DNA from: a bacterium
Lineage (GTDB): Bacteria > Patescibacteriota > Minisyncoccia > Phycocordibacterales > UBA5272
DNA length: 64,000 nt
Reading direction: 5' to 3'
NCBI GenBank assembly: GCA_043771335.1
Contig: JAYVHM010000001.1
Location: forward strand, 92,901-156,900
The notes below the pieces were generated by a model. That model saw only the letters and a program-made list of their open reading frames with translations. It did not search any database and had not been told where the DNA came from. Below are positions 33,082-43,021 of this stretch, piece by piece. Position numbers and translations under genes: made by a program. Positions within the stretch are counted from its first letter, which is position 1. Each line of letters starts with the position of its first letter.

Positions 33082-34290
33082 CTATTGTATAGAGCTGGCG
33101 ATATTATACATAGGTATGAGTACCGAAGCCATGAGAAGTCCCACTCCACCACCAAGACCAACAATCATAATTGGCTCAATGAGGGCAACAGTAGAATCTA
33201 TAGTCTGATCAAGTTCACGCTTGTAAAACTTTGCTACATTTTTTAACATATAACCCAGCTTACCTGTCTCCTCACCAATACGTGTCATCTGCACCATAAT
33301 ATTTGGAATCATCGGCTCTTCTGCCAGGGCCATAGATAATACTTTACCTTCTTTTACTTTTTCTGAAACTCTTTCAAATACTTTTTTAAATACATAATTA
33401 TCAACTACATCAGCTGTGATTTGTAAGGCTTGAACTATTGGTACTCCAGAACCTATCATAGTATCTATATTATCAGCAAAACGAGAAAGATATAATTTTT
33501 TATAGAGACTACTAACAAAAGGAATCTTTAATTTGAAAGTATCAAATGCAGCTTTTCCGTCTGGAGTTTTTATATAAGCATATGTATAATAAGCAAAAGA
33601 AATAGAGGCAGGAATAAGTATGTAATAATAATGTCTTATTAGATTAGAGAATCCTAATATAATTTTTGTAAAAGTTGGAACTTCTTGACCTTGTTCGATT
33701 ATAAGATTAACCATTTTTGGTAAAACAACTAATGCCATAACCATCATAACTGCAATGAAAGTAACAATAACAAAAGCTGGGTAAGTTAAGGCTTTTTTAG
33801 TTTTTTGTATCAACTCATAATTACGCTCCATATGATCTGCTAAATATTCAAAAGTTTCTTTTAATTTTCCTGTCTCTTCACCACTACGCACCATAGATAT
33901 AAAGAATGAGTCAAAAACATCAGAATGACGAGACATTGCCTTGTATACTTGCATACCAGACTGCAAATCATCACCGATAATCTTATATCTTTCACACAAG
34001 CCAACCGAAGGAGATTCGGTAGAGAGTAATCTAAAGGCACGTAATATCTGCACTCCACCACCCACGAGAGTAGACAATTGCTTTGTGGCTAACACTATAT
34101 CTTTGTTAGTTATTTTCTTATTGAATCTGTCAAAAATGCTTCCTTCAGAAGCCACTAGTGTCTCCTCTACATTAATAACTATATTACCCTCTGCCTGCAA
34201 CTTGGTTATTACATTTTCACGACTAACATCCTCAGTGTAACCTTCTCTTATACTTGTATCTTGTGCGAAAATCTTATATTTATATTTCAT
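33082..34290 (-). CDS. pilC: Type IV pilus platform protein (PilC/GspF)
   Basis: Two T2SSF domains, GEETGKL x2, ALTYP, IEP. Confidence 0.93.
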   Translation of the reverse strand: MKYKYKIFAQDTSIREGYTEDVSRENVITKLQAEGNIVINVEETLVASEGSIFDRFNKKITNKDIVLATKQLSTLVGGGVQILRAFRLLSTESPSVGLCERYKIIGDDLQSGMQVYKAMSRHSDVFDSFFISMVRSGEETGKLKETFEYLADHMERNYELIQKTKKALTYPAFVIVTFIAVMMVMALVVLPKMVNLIIEQGQEVPTFTKIILGFSNLIRHYYYILIPASISFAYYTYAYIKTPDGKAAFDTFKLKIPFVSSLYKKLYLSRFADNIDTMIGSGVPIVQALQITADVVDNYVFKKVFERVSEKVKEGKVLSMALAEEPMIPNIMVQMTRIGEETGKLGYMLKNVAKFYKRELDQTIDSTVALIEPIMIVGLGGGVGLLMASVLIPMYNIASSIQ

Positions 34291-34296
34291 AATATT

Positions 34297-35367
34297 TTAA
34301 ATGAGTTGGTCAAACATTTTTGGATTCTTGGCAATACGCATAGCTTCATCCAGAGCTACATCACCACGAATAACTGCGTCAGCCAGACATCTGTCAAAAC
34401 TAATCATACCTCCAGTAGAACCAGTTTCTATTATATTATCTATCTCATGGGTTCTTTTTTCTCTGATAAGATTCTGCACCGCGCTATTAACTAACATCAG
34501 CTCGTATATTGGTATCATACCACCTCCTATTTTTGGTAAAAGTCTCTGTGAGAAAACTCCTATAAGAGAAGCGGCTAGCTGTGTCCTAACTTGATCTTGT
34601 TGATTAGCGCTAAAACTATCAATAATACGATCTACTGTCTGAGAAGCTGAGTTAGTATGTAGTGTTGAAAAAACAAGATGTCCAGTCTCAGCTGCTGTTA
34701 CTGCAGTTTTTATAGTGTCATTATCACGCATCTCACCTACTAATATAACATCAACGTCTTGTCTAAATGCTGCCTCCAGAGCAACGGTCGCCGTCGGAGC
34801 ATCTAACCCTATCTCACGCTGCATAATATAACTTTTTGCTGGTTCATGTATATATTCTATAGGGTCTTCGATGGTAGTGATCATTTTCTTTTCATTTTGA
34901 TTTATATGATTTACCATGGCAGCCAAAGTGGTAGACTTACCCTGACCTACTGGTCCCACTACTAAGAAGAACCCTTGATCACGTTTTGTTATCTCATATA
35001 TAACATCTGGAAGATTTAAATCTTTTATAGACTTAACTTTTGGTATAAGACGAAGCACCACAGCAACTGTATCCATTTGAAAAAATGCATGTCCTCTCAA
35101 TCTGTATTCATTATTATGAAAATAAGAAAAATCTATTTGCTGTTTTTCTAAAAACTCTTGATATTTTTTATCATTTATCATCTCACGTAGAATAGATACC
35201 GTGTCTGCTGATTTTAAAGCTGGAACTTTTGATATAGTGATTAGTTCACCATTAATTCTAACTGCTGGACTCATATTCACGACTAAGTGTATATCTGAAC
35301 CAGACTCTTTTACTAAAGTAAAAATTAAATTATTAAGTAGTTCTGTATAAGAAAAGTTTTCTTGCAT
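34297..35367 (-). CDS. pilT: Type IV pilus retraction ATPase
   Basis: SDIH, GPVGQGKST, EDPIE, GEMRD, AAETGH, AVQNLIRE. Confidence 0.93.
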   Translation of the reverse strand: MQENFSYTELLNNLIFTLVKESGSDIHLVVNMSPAVRINGELITISKVPALKSADTVSILREMINDKKYQEFLEKQQIDFSYFHNNEYRLRGHAFFQMDTVAVVLRLIPKVKSIKDLNLPDVIYEITKRDQGFFLVVGPVGQGKSTTLAAMVNHINQNEKKMITTIEDPIEYIHEPAKSYIMQREIGLDAPTATVALEAAFRQDVDVILVGEMRDNDTIKTAVTAAETGHLVFSTLHTNSASQTVDRIIDSFSANQQDQVRTQLAASLIGVFSQRLLPKIGGGMIPIYELMLVNSAVQNLIREKRTHEIDNIIETGSTGGMISFDRCLADAVIRGDVALDEAMRIAKNPKMFDQLI

Positions 35368-35393
35368 ATTGTAATTATACTACAAATAACTTT

Positions 35394-37112
35394 TTATAAT
35401 CCATTGATTTCCACAAAAGGAATTATTCCTTCCATAGACTTTATCATAGCATCTTCTTTCATAAATATCATACCCTTACTTCTTGCTAATTTATATATAT
35501 CATCATCTGAAGCTTTTTGCACTATGGCATTTTGTACATCTGTATCTATGTCGAGAATCTCAAGCACAGGCACGCGACCTTTTGTTCCTGTTGGACATTC
35601 TTCAGCTGGCACGGCCTCATTAAAATCTCTATCCAGATTAATTTCCTTCTTATACACTTCTGGCAAATCAGCAAATTGTTTTTCTCTTATTGCTTTTATT
35701 ATTTCTGTGGTTTTGATTGGAGATACAGATTTTGGATATATTTGTGGTACTAAGCGCTGAGCAATAGCAAGACAAAGCGTAGGAGCTATCAAGTAAGGAT
35801 CTACGCCCATATCTGTAAGACGAGAGATAATACCAATACTATTGTTAGTGTGTATTGTAGAAAATACCAAGTGGCCAGTGAGGGCTGCCTGAATCGCTAA
35901 TTGAGCTGTCTCGGCATCACGTATCTCTCCCACCATAATAACGTCAGGGTCCTGACGTAATATAGAACGCAAACCAGAAGCAAAATCATAACCTATCTCA
36001 GGAAATATCTGAGACTGATTCATGTTTTCTACGTGATACTCTATAGGGTCCTCAAGAGACACTACATTTTTCTTCTCTCTATCTATTTCATTTATCATGG
36101 AATAGAGAGTTGTAGTCTTACCGCTACCCGTCGGACCACTTATAAGTATCATACCAAATGGCCTCTGTAATGCTTTTCTTATTTTCTCAAGATGGTCTTT
36201 ACTAAATCCTATATTTTCCAATTTCTTAACTCCACGATAACTGTCTAATATACGCATAACAATCTTCTCTCCGTAATAACCAGGCATACTGGAAACACGG
36301 AAATCTATTTTGTGTTTATTTAATTTTATAGAGAAACGCCCATCTTGAGGTTTACGCTTCTCATCTATTTTCATGTCACATAATATTTTTAACCTAGAGA
36401 TAAGATTAGCATGCATATTAGCTGGTAATAACAACTTCTCTATCAATATACCATCTATCCTATATCTTACTTTTACATTATCTCCGACATGCTCTACGTG
36501 TATATCACTGGCATTGATTTCTATCGCATCGTAAAGAATACTGTCGACTATTCTGTCTACTGAGTCATTTTTTAAGTCTATGTCTTTTACTTTTATAGCC
36601 TGAGAGATGTCATCTACCTCTTTTGAATTCAAATTCACATTAGATTTTACATCATTCAAAACAAAGCTAGTATCTTTTTGCAAATCATCTAGCTCATAAT
36701 ACTGCTTTAACCCTTCTTCGAACTCTGTATAACTAAGAAGACGTAGCTCGTACTTTACATTTTTTTCCAAACAATTTTTTTCTATAATGTTAAGCGACTG
36801 GTCTCTCTCGAAATCTAAAATACCTATAACTAGTTGATTATTCAAAAACTCAAGTGGTAAGACATGATTATCTCTTGCTATTTTTTCATCTATGTAGAAT
36901 ATGTCAGTTGCGTTGATTTGTATTTTTTTATTATACCCTAATATTCCCGATAGCTCAGATCTGATATTCTTGATTAGAACATCATCAATGCTTAATTTTC
37001 TAAGCTCATCATCAACAATAAGAGAAACACCCTCTTCTAATTTATTTTGTATATCACGAAGAGTAAGGTCATTGATTATATTTCTTTTTACTAATTCATT
37101 TAAGAGATTCAT
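35394..37112 (-). CDS. pilB: Type IV pilus assembly ATPase (PilB/GspE)
   Basis: ASDIH, PQDGR, GPTGSGKT, LRQDPD, ALTGH. Confidence 0.93.
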   Translation of the reverse strand: MNLLNELVKRNIINDLTLRDIQNKLEEGVSLIVDDELRKLSIDDVLIKNIRSELSGILGYNKKIQINATDIFYIDEKIARDNHVLPLEFLNNQLVIGILDFERDQSLNIIEKNCLEKNVKYELRLLSYTEFEEGLKQYYELDDLQKDTSFVLNDVKSNVNLNSKEVDDISQAIKVKDIDLKNDSVDRIVDSILYDAIEINASDIHVEHVGDNVKVRYRIDGILIEKLLLPANMHANLISRLKILCDMKIDEKRKPQDGRFSIKLNKHKIDFRVSSMPGYYGEKIVMRILDSYRGVKKLENIGFSKDHLEKIRKALQRPFGMILISGPTGSGKTTTLYSMINEIDREKKNVVSLEDPIEYHVENMNQSQIFPEIGYDFASGLRSILRQDPDVIMVGEIRDAETAQLAIQAALTGHLVFSTIHTNNSIGIISRLTDMGVDPYLIAPTLCLAIAQRLVPQIYPKSVSPIKTTEIIKAIREKQFADLPEVYKKEINLDRDFNEAVPAEECPTGTKGRVPVLEILDIDTDVQNAIVQKASDDDIYKLARSKGMIFMKEDAMIKSMEGIIPFVEINGL

Positions 37113-37114
37113 AC

Positions 37115-37429
37115 CTAAATAGAAAATGGATTATATCTTCCCTCATAACCTGATGGTGTGATTTTTGCATTTATATCTGTAGTATAGTTAAATATTCTCT
37201 CAAAAACAGCGTCAATTTTTGTAAAATCTATTCCTGTTTTTTTAAGATCTGCCAAAGTGTTAAACGACTTTGTAGACAAAGGATTCTCTACACTAGACTC
37301 ATAATTATTGTTCATAAAATCATATGTAAAGTATGATATGAGTATTGTTAAAATGAGGAGAGAAGAAGATAATTTAGATCTCTCTTGTGCAATATTTTTA
37401 ATTTTTTGTATATCATTTGTTAGTTTCAT
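37115..37429 (-). CDS. Pilus-associated protein (PilP position)
   Basis: One TM, C-terminal GRYNPF; located between pilO and pilB. Confidence 0.55.
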   Translation of the reverse strand: MKLTNDIQKIKNIAQERSKLSSSLLILTILISYFTYDFMNNNYESSVENPLSTKSFNTLADLKKTGIDFTKIDAVFERIFNYTTDINAKITPSGYEGRYNPFSI

Positions 37430-37964
37430 AAGTTTCTATAGTTAAATTATAACCTAAAGTATTTTCTATTGGGTCAGTTGTTATGTTCAGGCTTTTTATG
37501 TTATAAAGCTCTAAACTAGTTTCTAATCTTTTCAAAAAATTAGAAAAAGCAAAATAATCTCCTGTCGCAGAAACGGTTAATATATGTGATTTTGTATTTT
37601 TAACTTGAACAGGCTTTGTAAATTTTATACTTGTAATTTTTAATTTATTTTCCTTTGCTAATATATCCAAATCATTAATATTTCTAATTATCTCTTTTTT
37701 TAATGGTATAGATTGCTCAAGCTTTGCTAGATAGTCTTGATTTATATTTTGATAACCAAAAACTTGTCCGTCAGTGTCTGAGCTTAGGCTCCTTGCTTTG
37801 TCAAGAGAGTCTGTAATGTTTTTGTTTTTATAATAACTCTGCACTGCCCCCTTTATTCCCAATGTTCCGTCTCCTAGACCATTATAAGCAGGTATGGCGA
37901 TAGAATAAATCATAAGCGCAGAGATAGATATCAATATCAAATTAATTAAATTTTTATTTATCAT
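37413..37964 (-). CDS. pilO: PilO-like protein
   Basis: N-terminal TM, GDY..F.NFLKRLE motif, operon position. Confidence 0.75.
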   Translation of the reverse strand: MINKNLINLILISISALMIYSIAIPAYNGLGDGTLGIKGAVQSYYKNKNITDSLDKARSLSSDTDGQVFGYQNINQDYLAKLEQSIPLKKEIIRNINDLDILAKENKLKITSIKFTKPVQVKNTKSHILTVSATGDYFAFSNFLKRLETSLELYNIKSLNITTDPIENTLGYNLTIETYETNK

Positions 37965-38665
37965 GGATTTTTAGTGATTACTGTAGTGCTAGAATTTAGA
38001 GTTGATGATGAATTAGTTTGAGTGCTGGTGCTGTTGGTATTTAATATTATTTTAATCGGTTTTTTAGAAGAATCATAAGATTTTTCTGATATGTCAAAAG
38101 CTAAACTTTTTACTTTTGTGTCTAATTCTATATCTAGTGAAAACTTGATACTTTCTGACCCGTCTTTTTCTGTAGAAGATAAGTCAGTAAGAGTTACTGA
38201 CTTTATAAAAGGTTTATACTTGTCAGATTTTAATCTGTCTGATTGTTTTATTATGTCTTCATAGGACTGTGCTACACCTTTTATATTTACATATCCTGAT
38301 TTAAATGTCTTATCAGAAAAATTCATATCAGTAAAATATGTATACTTTTCTATAGAGTCTGACAGTATAGCCAGCAAGACAGTTAGATTGTTCTTGTCTT
38401 TTTGAGTACCATCTACTATTGATATTCTATTAGAAAGTGCTGACATGTCGCTGAGAGGTTGTGTATTAAGCTTTTGATCTATGACACTTATCTCTTCCAG
38501 AGACTTCTGTGTCCTATACTCAAAAAAACGTCCTGCTGAGAAAAATAGTCCGGAGACCAGGAGAGATATTATCGCGAGAATTATTAGAAAAACTCTTAAA
38601 GAGTCTACTTCCACAGTCTGATTATCTAAAGTATTTACAAAGTTATTGCTTCTAATTGGTGGCAT
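37961..38665 (-). CDS. pilN: PilN-like protein
   Basis: One TM, IKGVAQSY motif, position after pilM. Confidence 0.65.
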   Translation of the reverse strand: MPPIRSNNFVNTLDNQTVEVDSLRVFLIILAIISLLVSGLFFSAGRFFEYRTQKSLEEISVIDQKLNTQPLSDMSALSNRISIVDGTQKDKNNLTVLLAILSDSIEKYTYFTDMNFSDKTFKSGYVNIKGVAQSYEDIIKQSDRLKSDKYKPFIKSVTLTDLSSTEKDGSESIKFSLDIELDTKVKSLAFDISEKSYDSSKKPIKIILNTNSTSTQTNSSSTLNSSTTVITKNP

Positions 38666-38676
38666 GTATTAAAAAA

Positions 38677-39717
38677 TTAATTAATGTCTGACATAGCAAG
38701 GCCTACAGCATTATTATATGTAGGAGAATTTTTGATAGCAAGATTTTTTATAGCTTCTGGCATAGAGAGTCTTTCAAAAGCATTTATTTTATTTATTTTT
38801 ACGCCTTCGAACTCTTTTTCTAAAAAAGCTAAAATATTATTAATCTTGGAACCTCCTCCACTAATATATATATTACTACATTTCACTTCAAATTTTATAG
38901 AAAAACTATTTTGCATGTGCATAACTTCTTCGCAAATATGATGCATGGTACTAAAAGCTATTTCAGAGGAAAGGTCTTTATTATTTAAAATATCTAAATC
39001 AAAAAACTTTTGATGAGCTTCTTTGTAATTCAGGGATAAGCCTACTTTTATATTCATAACTATTTCATTTATACCCTTTCTAAATGATTCTACTCCGGAG
39101 ATTTTATTATCCAAGATAAAAAGTATACTTGTCATACTCGCTCCAAAATCTATAACCATGCTCATGCCAGGATTATTATCTGTAATGTGTCTCATTAACC
39201 CGAATATACTTGGTTCTATTTTATAATTCTCTTTTTTAATAAAATTAGTAGCATAATTAATTCTCTCCACTTCTTTTGTTTTTACGGCGAGGACGAGGAC
39301 CCACAAAGACTCACTATTTTCTTTTATTATATTATGTGTTATAGATAATTCACTGATTGGAACTATGGTGTATCTTCTAAATTCTAATTCTATGAGATCA
39401 GCTAAAAATGTTTTAGACCTAACGGGGAACTTTATAATTTTCATCTGGCATGCTGACATGGGTATTCCTACTGTTATGTTTTTACAATCAGTTTTTGACT
39501 CATTATACATGTCTTGCATTGCGGTGCGTAGCTCATCGTCACCCAGCTTTACTGTGTCACCATTTTCTTTACCAGAATATTTACCTAGCTGTAATTCTGT
39601 GTAATTATTTAGAATGAGAGTGTCATTGTCTCTTGATATATCTACTAACTTTAAGCTAGACTCACCTATGTCTATGCCTATACTTCTTTTGTCTACTTTG
39701 TTAAATATATTAAACAT
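38677..39717 (-). CDS. pilM: PilM (actin-fold pilus assembly protein)
   Basis: IGIDIG, IDFGA, ISGGG, AVGLA. Confidence 0.9.
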   Translation of the reverse strand: MFNIFNKVDKRSIGIDIGESSLKLVDISRDNDTLILNNYTELQLGKYSGKENGDTVKLGDDELRTAMQDMYNESKTDCKNITVGIPMSACQMKIIKFPVRSKTFLADLIELEFRRYTIVPISELSITHNIIKENSESLWVLVLAVKTKEVERINYATNFIKKENYKIEPSIFGLMRHITDNNPGMSMVIDFGASMTSILFILDNKISGVESFRKGINEIVMNIKVGLSLNYKEAHQKFFDLDILNNKDLSSEIAFSTMHHICEEVMHMQNSFSIKFEVKCSNIYISGGGSKINNILAFLEKEFEGVKINKINAFERLSMPEAIKNLAIKNSPTYNNAVGLAMSDIN

Positions 39718-39807
39718 ATTTTTATACTTAGAAAGATTTTCTATCTCTACTTATTTATATTATATATTATAAATAAGAAAATAATTAAAACATATACACA
39801 AACATAA

Positions 39808-39843
39808 AAAACAAAAACAACTCGTAAGAGTTGTTTTTGTTTT
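39808..39843. terminator. Intrinsic terminator after histone-like gene
   Basis: aaaacaaaaacaactc-gtaa-gagttgtttttgtttt. Confidence 0.8.
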
Positions 39844-39862
39844 AGAGTAATAATTTTTATTA

Positions 39863-40027
39863 TTATTTTCTCTTAGCCACTTTTTTAACAGCTTTTTTAG
39901 CAACTTTCTTTGCTACTGTTTTTTTAGCGACTTTCTTCACAGCTTTCTTGACTGCTTTTTTAGCAACCTTTTTTGCTGGAGCTTTTTTTGCAACTTTTTT
40001 AGCTGCTGATTTTTTTGCTACTGCCAT
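39863..40027 (-). CDS. Histone H1-like Lys/Ala-rich protein, 54 aa (not in ORF track)
   Basis: MAVAKKSAAKKVAKKAPAKKVAKKAVKKAVKKVAKKTVAKKVAKKAVKKVAKRK; codons vary between repeats; terminator follows. Confidence 0.85.
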   Translation of the reverse strand: MAVAKKSAAKKVAKKAPAKKVAKKAVKKAVKKVAKKTVAKKVAKKAVKKVAKRK

Positions 40028-40133
40028 AGTAATTATATAGATTTAAAACTTATGAGAGTGGGTGACTGATTGACCAAGATCATCTATCACTCTCTACTTA
40101 GTATTATTACATGTATAAAATATCTTGCAATAG

Positions 40134-40159
40134 TTATACACTAATTTCTCTGTGGATAA
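40134..40159. promoter_or_regulatory. Pair of inverted DnaA boxes
   Basis: TTATACACT (8/9, 40134-40142) and TGTGGATAA (9/9, 40151-40159) next to a TTGCAA -35. Confidence 0.5.
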
Positions 40160-40213
40160 CTCATAATTTTACAAAATATGTAAATGCAAATGCGAAACAT
40201 TTGCATAATAAAA

Positions 40214-40241
40214 AAAGCATTAATATTTCTATTAATGCTTT
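40214..40241 (-). terminator. Intrinsic terminator
   Basis: aaagcattaata-tttc-tattaatgcttt right after the stop of 40245..41174. Confidence 0.7.
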
Positions 40242-40244
40242 GTT

Positions 40245-41174
40245 TTATTTTTGAGACCAGTTTTTTCCTCTTATTCCTCTTGGTTTTATATTCTTATCAA
40301 GTTGATATTCAGAATTGATACCAAAATTATTTCCAAAAACAGATCCAAATTCTTCTCTGTTCATAACTCTTACATTTTCTCTTGTATACGGTATTGAAAA
40401 ATCTTTTCTCACCAACATAAAATTTTTTCCATCTTTTAAAACTTTTAATAATGCCTCTCTCTTGCTTATGTCTGGATAATTTTTATTAACTACTTCCAAA
40501 TATATTTTTAAAAGTTCCAAAAGAGACATTTGCATAAAATAAGAATTAGAATATTCTAAGAGTTTTACATGTGTTGCGTTACGATTTATTGCAATCATTT
40601 TATCACGAAGTAAGTTAAATATTTCAGGACTTAACTTTCTTTTCATTTGAAAATAGTCATACAAAGATAATCCATTCATAAAAGCTTTTAACCTAACATT
40701 GTAGGAGCTCTCATATACTTCTTTATATCTTCTTTTAAGATCATACTTTGAAGAATCCTTTATGTACTCAAAACCATGTGATTTCAAAATGTTACAAATT
40801 GATTGTCTTGTTGCTCCTAATTTCCTAGAAACTTCAGATATCGTAGAGCCAGACTCTAGCTCCATCAAAATAAAAACTAAATCTTTATGTATTTTTGTTT
40901 CTTTAACTTCTGTAATTTTTTTTAATTTTTTACTAGAAGCCTTTTTCTTTTCAAGAGCTTTAAGGAAAACATGTTTATAATCATGGATATTTTCTGGTGA
41001 TAGATTTCTCCATTTTTGTGAGAAAAGAGAATAGCTAACCTTCAAATCTTTGCATATTTCTCGAAAATGTTTTTTACCTTTATTTTCTTCGTATATAGCT
41101 TTTGCTTTGGTTATTATCTCTAACCATCTATCTCTTGTAGTCTTCTGTTTAGAATTATCAAAATAGTCGGTCAT
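40245..41174 (-). CDS. HTH-containing protein with degenerate HNH-like C-terminal motif
   Basis: HTH TISEVSRKLGATRQSICNIL (possible second HTH FREICKDLKVSYSLF); MLVRKDFSIPYTRENVRVM; SD AGGAGA. Confidence 0.6.
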   Translation of the reverse strand: MTDYFDNSKQKTTRDRWLEIITKAKAIYEENKGKKHFREICKDLKVSYSLFSQKWRNLSPENIHDYKHVFLKALEKKKASSKKLKKITEVKETKIHKDLVFILMELESGSTISEVSRKLGATRQSICNILKSHGFEYIKDSSKYDLKRRYKEVYESSYNVRLKAFMNGLSLYDYFQMKRKLSPEIFNLLRDKMIAINRNATHVKLLEYSNSYFMQMSLLELLKIYLEVVNKNYPDISKREALLKVLKDGKNFMLVRKDFSIPYTRENVRVMNREEFGSVFGNNFGINSEYQLDKNIKPRGIRGKNWSQK

Positions 41175-41300
41175 TTTTATCTCCTATAAAAAGTGCAACG
41201 TAGTTGAATTAAAAAATTATTTCTAAATAAATAATTAACCATAGACTAATATACTAACACATAGTCTTGTCTTAGTAAAGATTATTATTTTTTGAGAACA

Positions 41301-41376
41301 TGGAGCCGCCGAGCAGGATTGAACTGCCGACCTCGTCATTACCAATGACGTGCTCTACCAACTGAGCTACAGCGGC
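41301..41376 (-). tRNA. tRNA-Thr(GGT)
   Basis: GCCGCTG...CGGCGGC TCCA; anticodon arm CGTCA-TTGGTAA-TGACG. Confidence 0.95.
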
Positions 41377-41404
41377 TAACAATTATTTATTGCTAACCAA
41401 AATA

Positions 41405-42160
41405 TTATAACATATTTTGTTCTAACTTCCACTTTTCTATTTCTTTATGATTACCACTAAGTAACACCTTTGGAACTGTATAATTTTTTACTTTTATTTT
41501 GTAAACTTTTTTATTTTTCTCTTCACTTTCTTTTTTATTTAAAGTTTTTGTTTTGTATTCATAGACTTCAGGTCTCGCATATATTTTATGTGTGCTTACT
41601 CTATTCTCTTCTAGGCTTTCTATTTTATTTAATACACCTTCTATTTGCCTGCTGATGCTGTCTATCATGACCATGGCTGGCAGTTCACCTCCAGTTAATA
41701 TGTAATCACCTATACTTATCTCCAACCCTTTATATATTTCATTTACCCTACTATCTACTCCTTCATAACGGCCACAAATAAAAATTATATCAGTATATTT
41801 TTTTGATATATCTTTTGCGATACTTGTCGTAAACTTTTCTGCGCTTGGCACAAAATGCACAAAGAGTATTTTTGACTTCTCTAATTTTTTTGTATCTTTA
41901 TTTTTATTTTTTATATCTCTCTTTTCTATATTGCTTTTTATTTTCTCTACACAGTTAACTATCGGATCTACCCACATGACCATACCAGGACCGCCCGCAA
42001 ATGGCTTACCATCTACTCTTCTGTGTTTGTCTGTTGTATAATCACGGAGAGTGTATGTGTTCACAGATATTATTTTATTCTTTATGGCACTACTAATTAT
42101 ACTCTCAGCAAAATAGGAGGTGAACATGTCTGGGAAAATAGTAATGATGTGATAATTCAT
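41405..42160 (-). CDS. trmD: tRNA (guanine-N1)-methyltransferase
   Basis: TIFP, GGPGMV, CGRYEGVD, SIGDYILTGGE, VPKVLLSGNH. Confidence 0.96.
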   Translation of the reverse strand: MNYHIITIFPDMFTSYFAESIISSAIKNKIISVNTYTLRDYTTDKHRRVDGKPFAGGPGMVMWVDPIVNCVEKIKSNIEKRDIKNKNKDTKKLEKSKILFVHFVPSAEKFTTSIAKDISKKYTDIIFICGRYEGVDSRVNEIYKGLEISIGDYILTGGELPAMVMIDSISRQIEGVLNKIESLEENRVSTHKIYARPEVYEYKTKTLNKKESEEKNKKVYKIKVKNYTVPKVLLSGNHKEIEKWKLEQNML

Positions 42161-42209
42161 AATTGAGTATTTATTACTTGACATTATAGCATAAATCTTG
42201 CAGATACAC

Positions 42210-42249
42210 AAAAGAAAAAGTGCCGAGCTAGCTCGGCACTTTTTCTTTT
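42210..42249. terminator. Intrinsic terminator after khpA
   Basis: Perfect palindrome aaaagaaaaagtgccgagc-ta-gctcggcactttttctttt. Confidence 0.8.
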
Positions 42250-42544
42250 AGTGAACATCATTCATATAAGTCATGTCCTCACGAGGAGCACGCTCTACCC
42301 CGCCCGGCTCATTAATTTTAAGATTAACACGAGCATTATTCTTCATACCGACAACACGTAATAACGTGCGTATCGCTTTTGCATTATTACCCATCTTACC
42401 TATTACCTTTGGCATGTCAGCTGGTGATACTTCGAGTGTGATTAATACCCCCATCTCATCTACTTTTCTTTCTATTTTTACTGCGTCTACGTCGTCAACA
42501 ATTGATTTTACAACGTACTCTATAAATTCTTGATCTTTGTTCAT
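42248..42544 (-). CDS. khpA: KH-domain RNA-binding protein
   Basis: DMPKVIGKMG GxxG loop, AIRTLL; rpsP-khpA-trmD context. Confidence 0.88.
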   Translation of the reverse strand: MNKDQEFIEYVVKSIVDDVDAVKIERKVDEMGVLITLEVSPADMPKVIGKMGNNAKAIRTLLRVVGMKNNARVNLKINEPGGVERAPREDMTYMNDVH

Positions 42545-42632
42545 ATATTCTTTTGGTTTTTATTTTATTTTAATTTAAACTATTACATATTTATTATATC
42601 ATACATGATATATGTAAATATATTTTTATAAA

Positions 42633-42663
42633 CAAAATACTAATTAAGATAATTAGTATTTTG
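42633..42663 (-). terminator. Probable terminator after rpsP
   Basis: caaaatactaatta-aga-taattagtattttg. Confidence 0.55.
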
Positions 42664-42670
42664 AATTAAA

Positions 42671-42967
42671 CTATTTTTTTTCTTCTTTCTTAACTGGAGT
42701 TTTCTTTGGTAAGACATTTATCTTTTTACCTTCTAATACACCTTTGCTGATTAGCAGATTATGCACCGTAGGAGAGACTTGAGCTCCAACTGATATCCAG
42801 TGCTTTACACGGTCACCTTTACATTCAAAAATACCAGCTTTTACATTGTAAGTGCCTAGTATCTCTGTGTATTGTGTAGTTTTTGGTTTTAAATAATGAG
42901 GAGTAACCACCATTCTAAAATGTGGGTCATTTTTTCTTCCGATTCTTTGTAATCTAATTTTTAACAT
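42671..42967 (-). CDS. rpsP: 30S ribosomal protein S16
   Basis: MLKIRLQRIGRK, LGTYN, WISVGAQVSPTV. Confidence 0.96.
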   Translation of the reverse strand: MLKIRLQRIGRKNDPHFRMVVTPHYLKPKTTQYTEILGTYNVKAGIFECKGDRVKHWISVGAQVSPTVHNLLISKGVLEGKKINVLPKKTPVKKEEKK

Positions 42968-43021
42968 AAGTGTTACTATATTAACATATTTCAGAACTTT
43001 TTACAAGGCTTTATATATAAT

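Noticed and set aside
40134-40159. Replication origin
   Set aside because: Only two DnaA boxes, no dnaA/dnaN nearby, and gene orientation does not switch
40245-41376. Integrated prophage or island at tRNA-Thr
   Set aside because: No integrase, no duplicated tRNA 3' end, only one accessory gene
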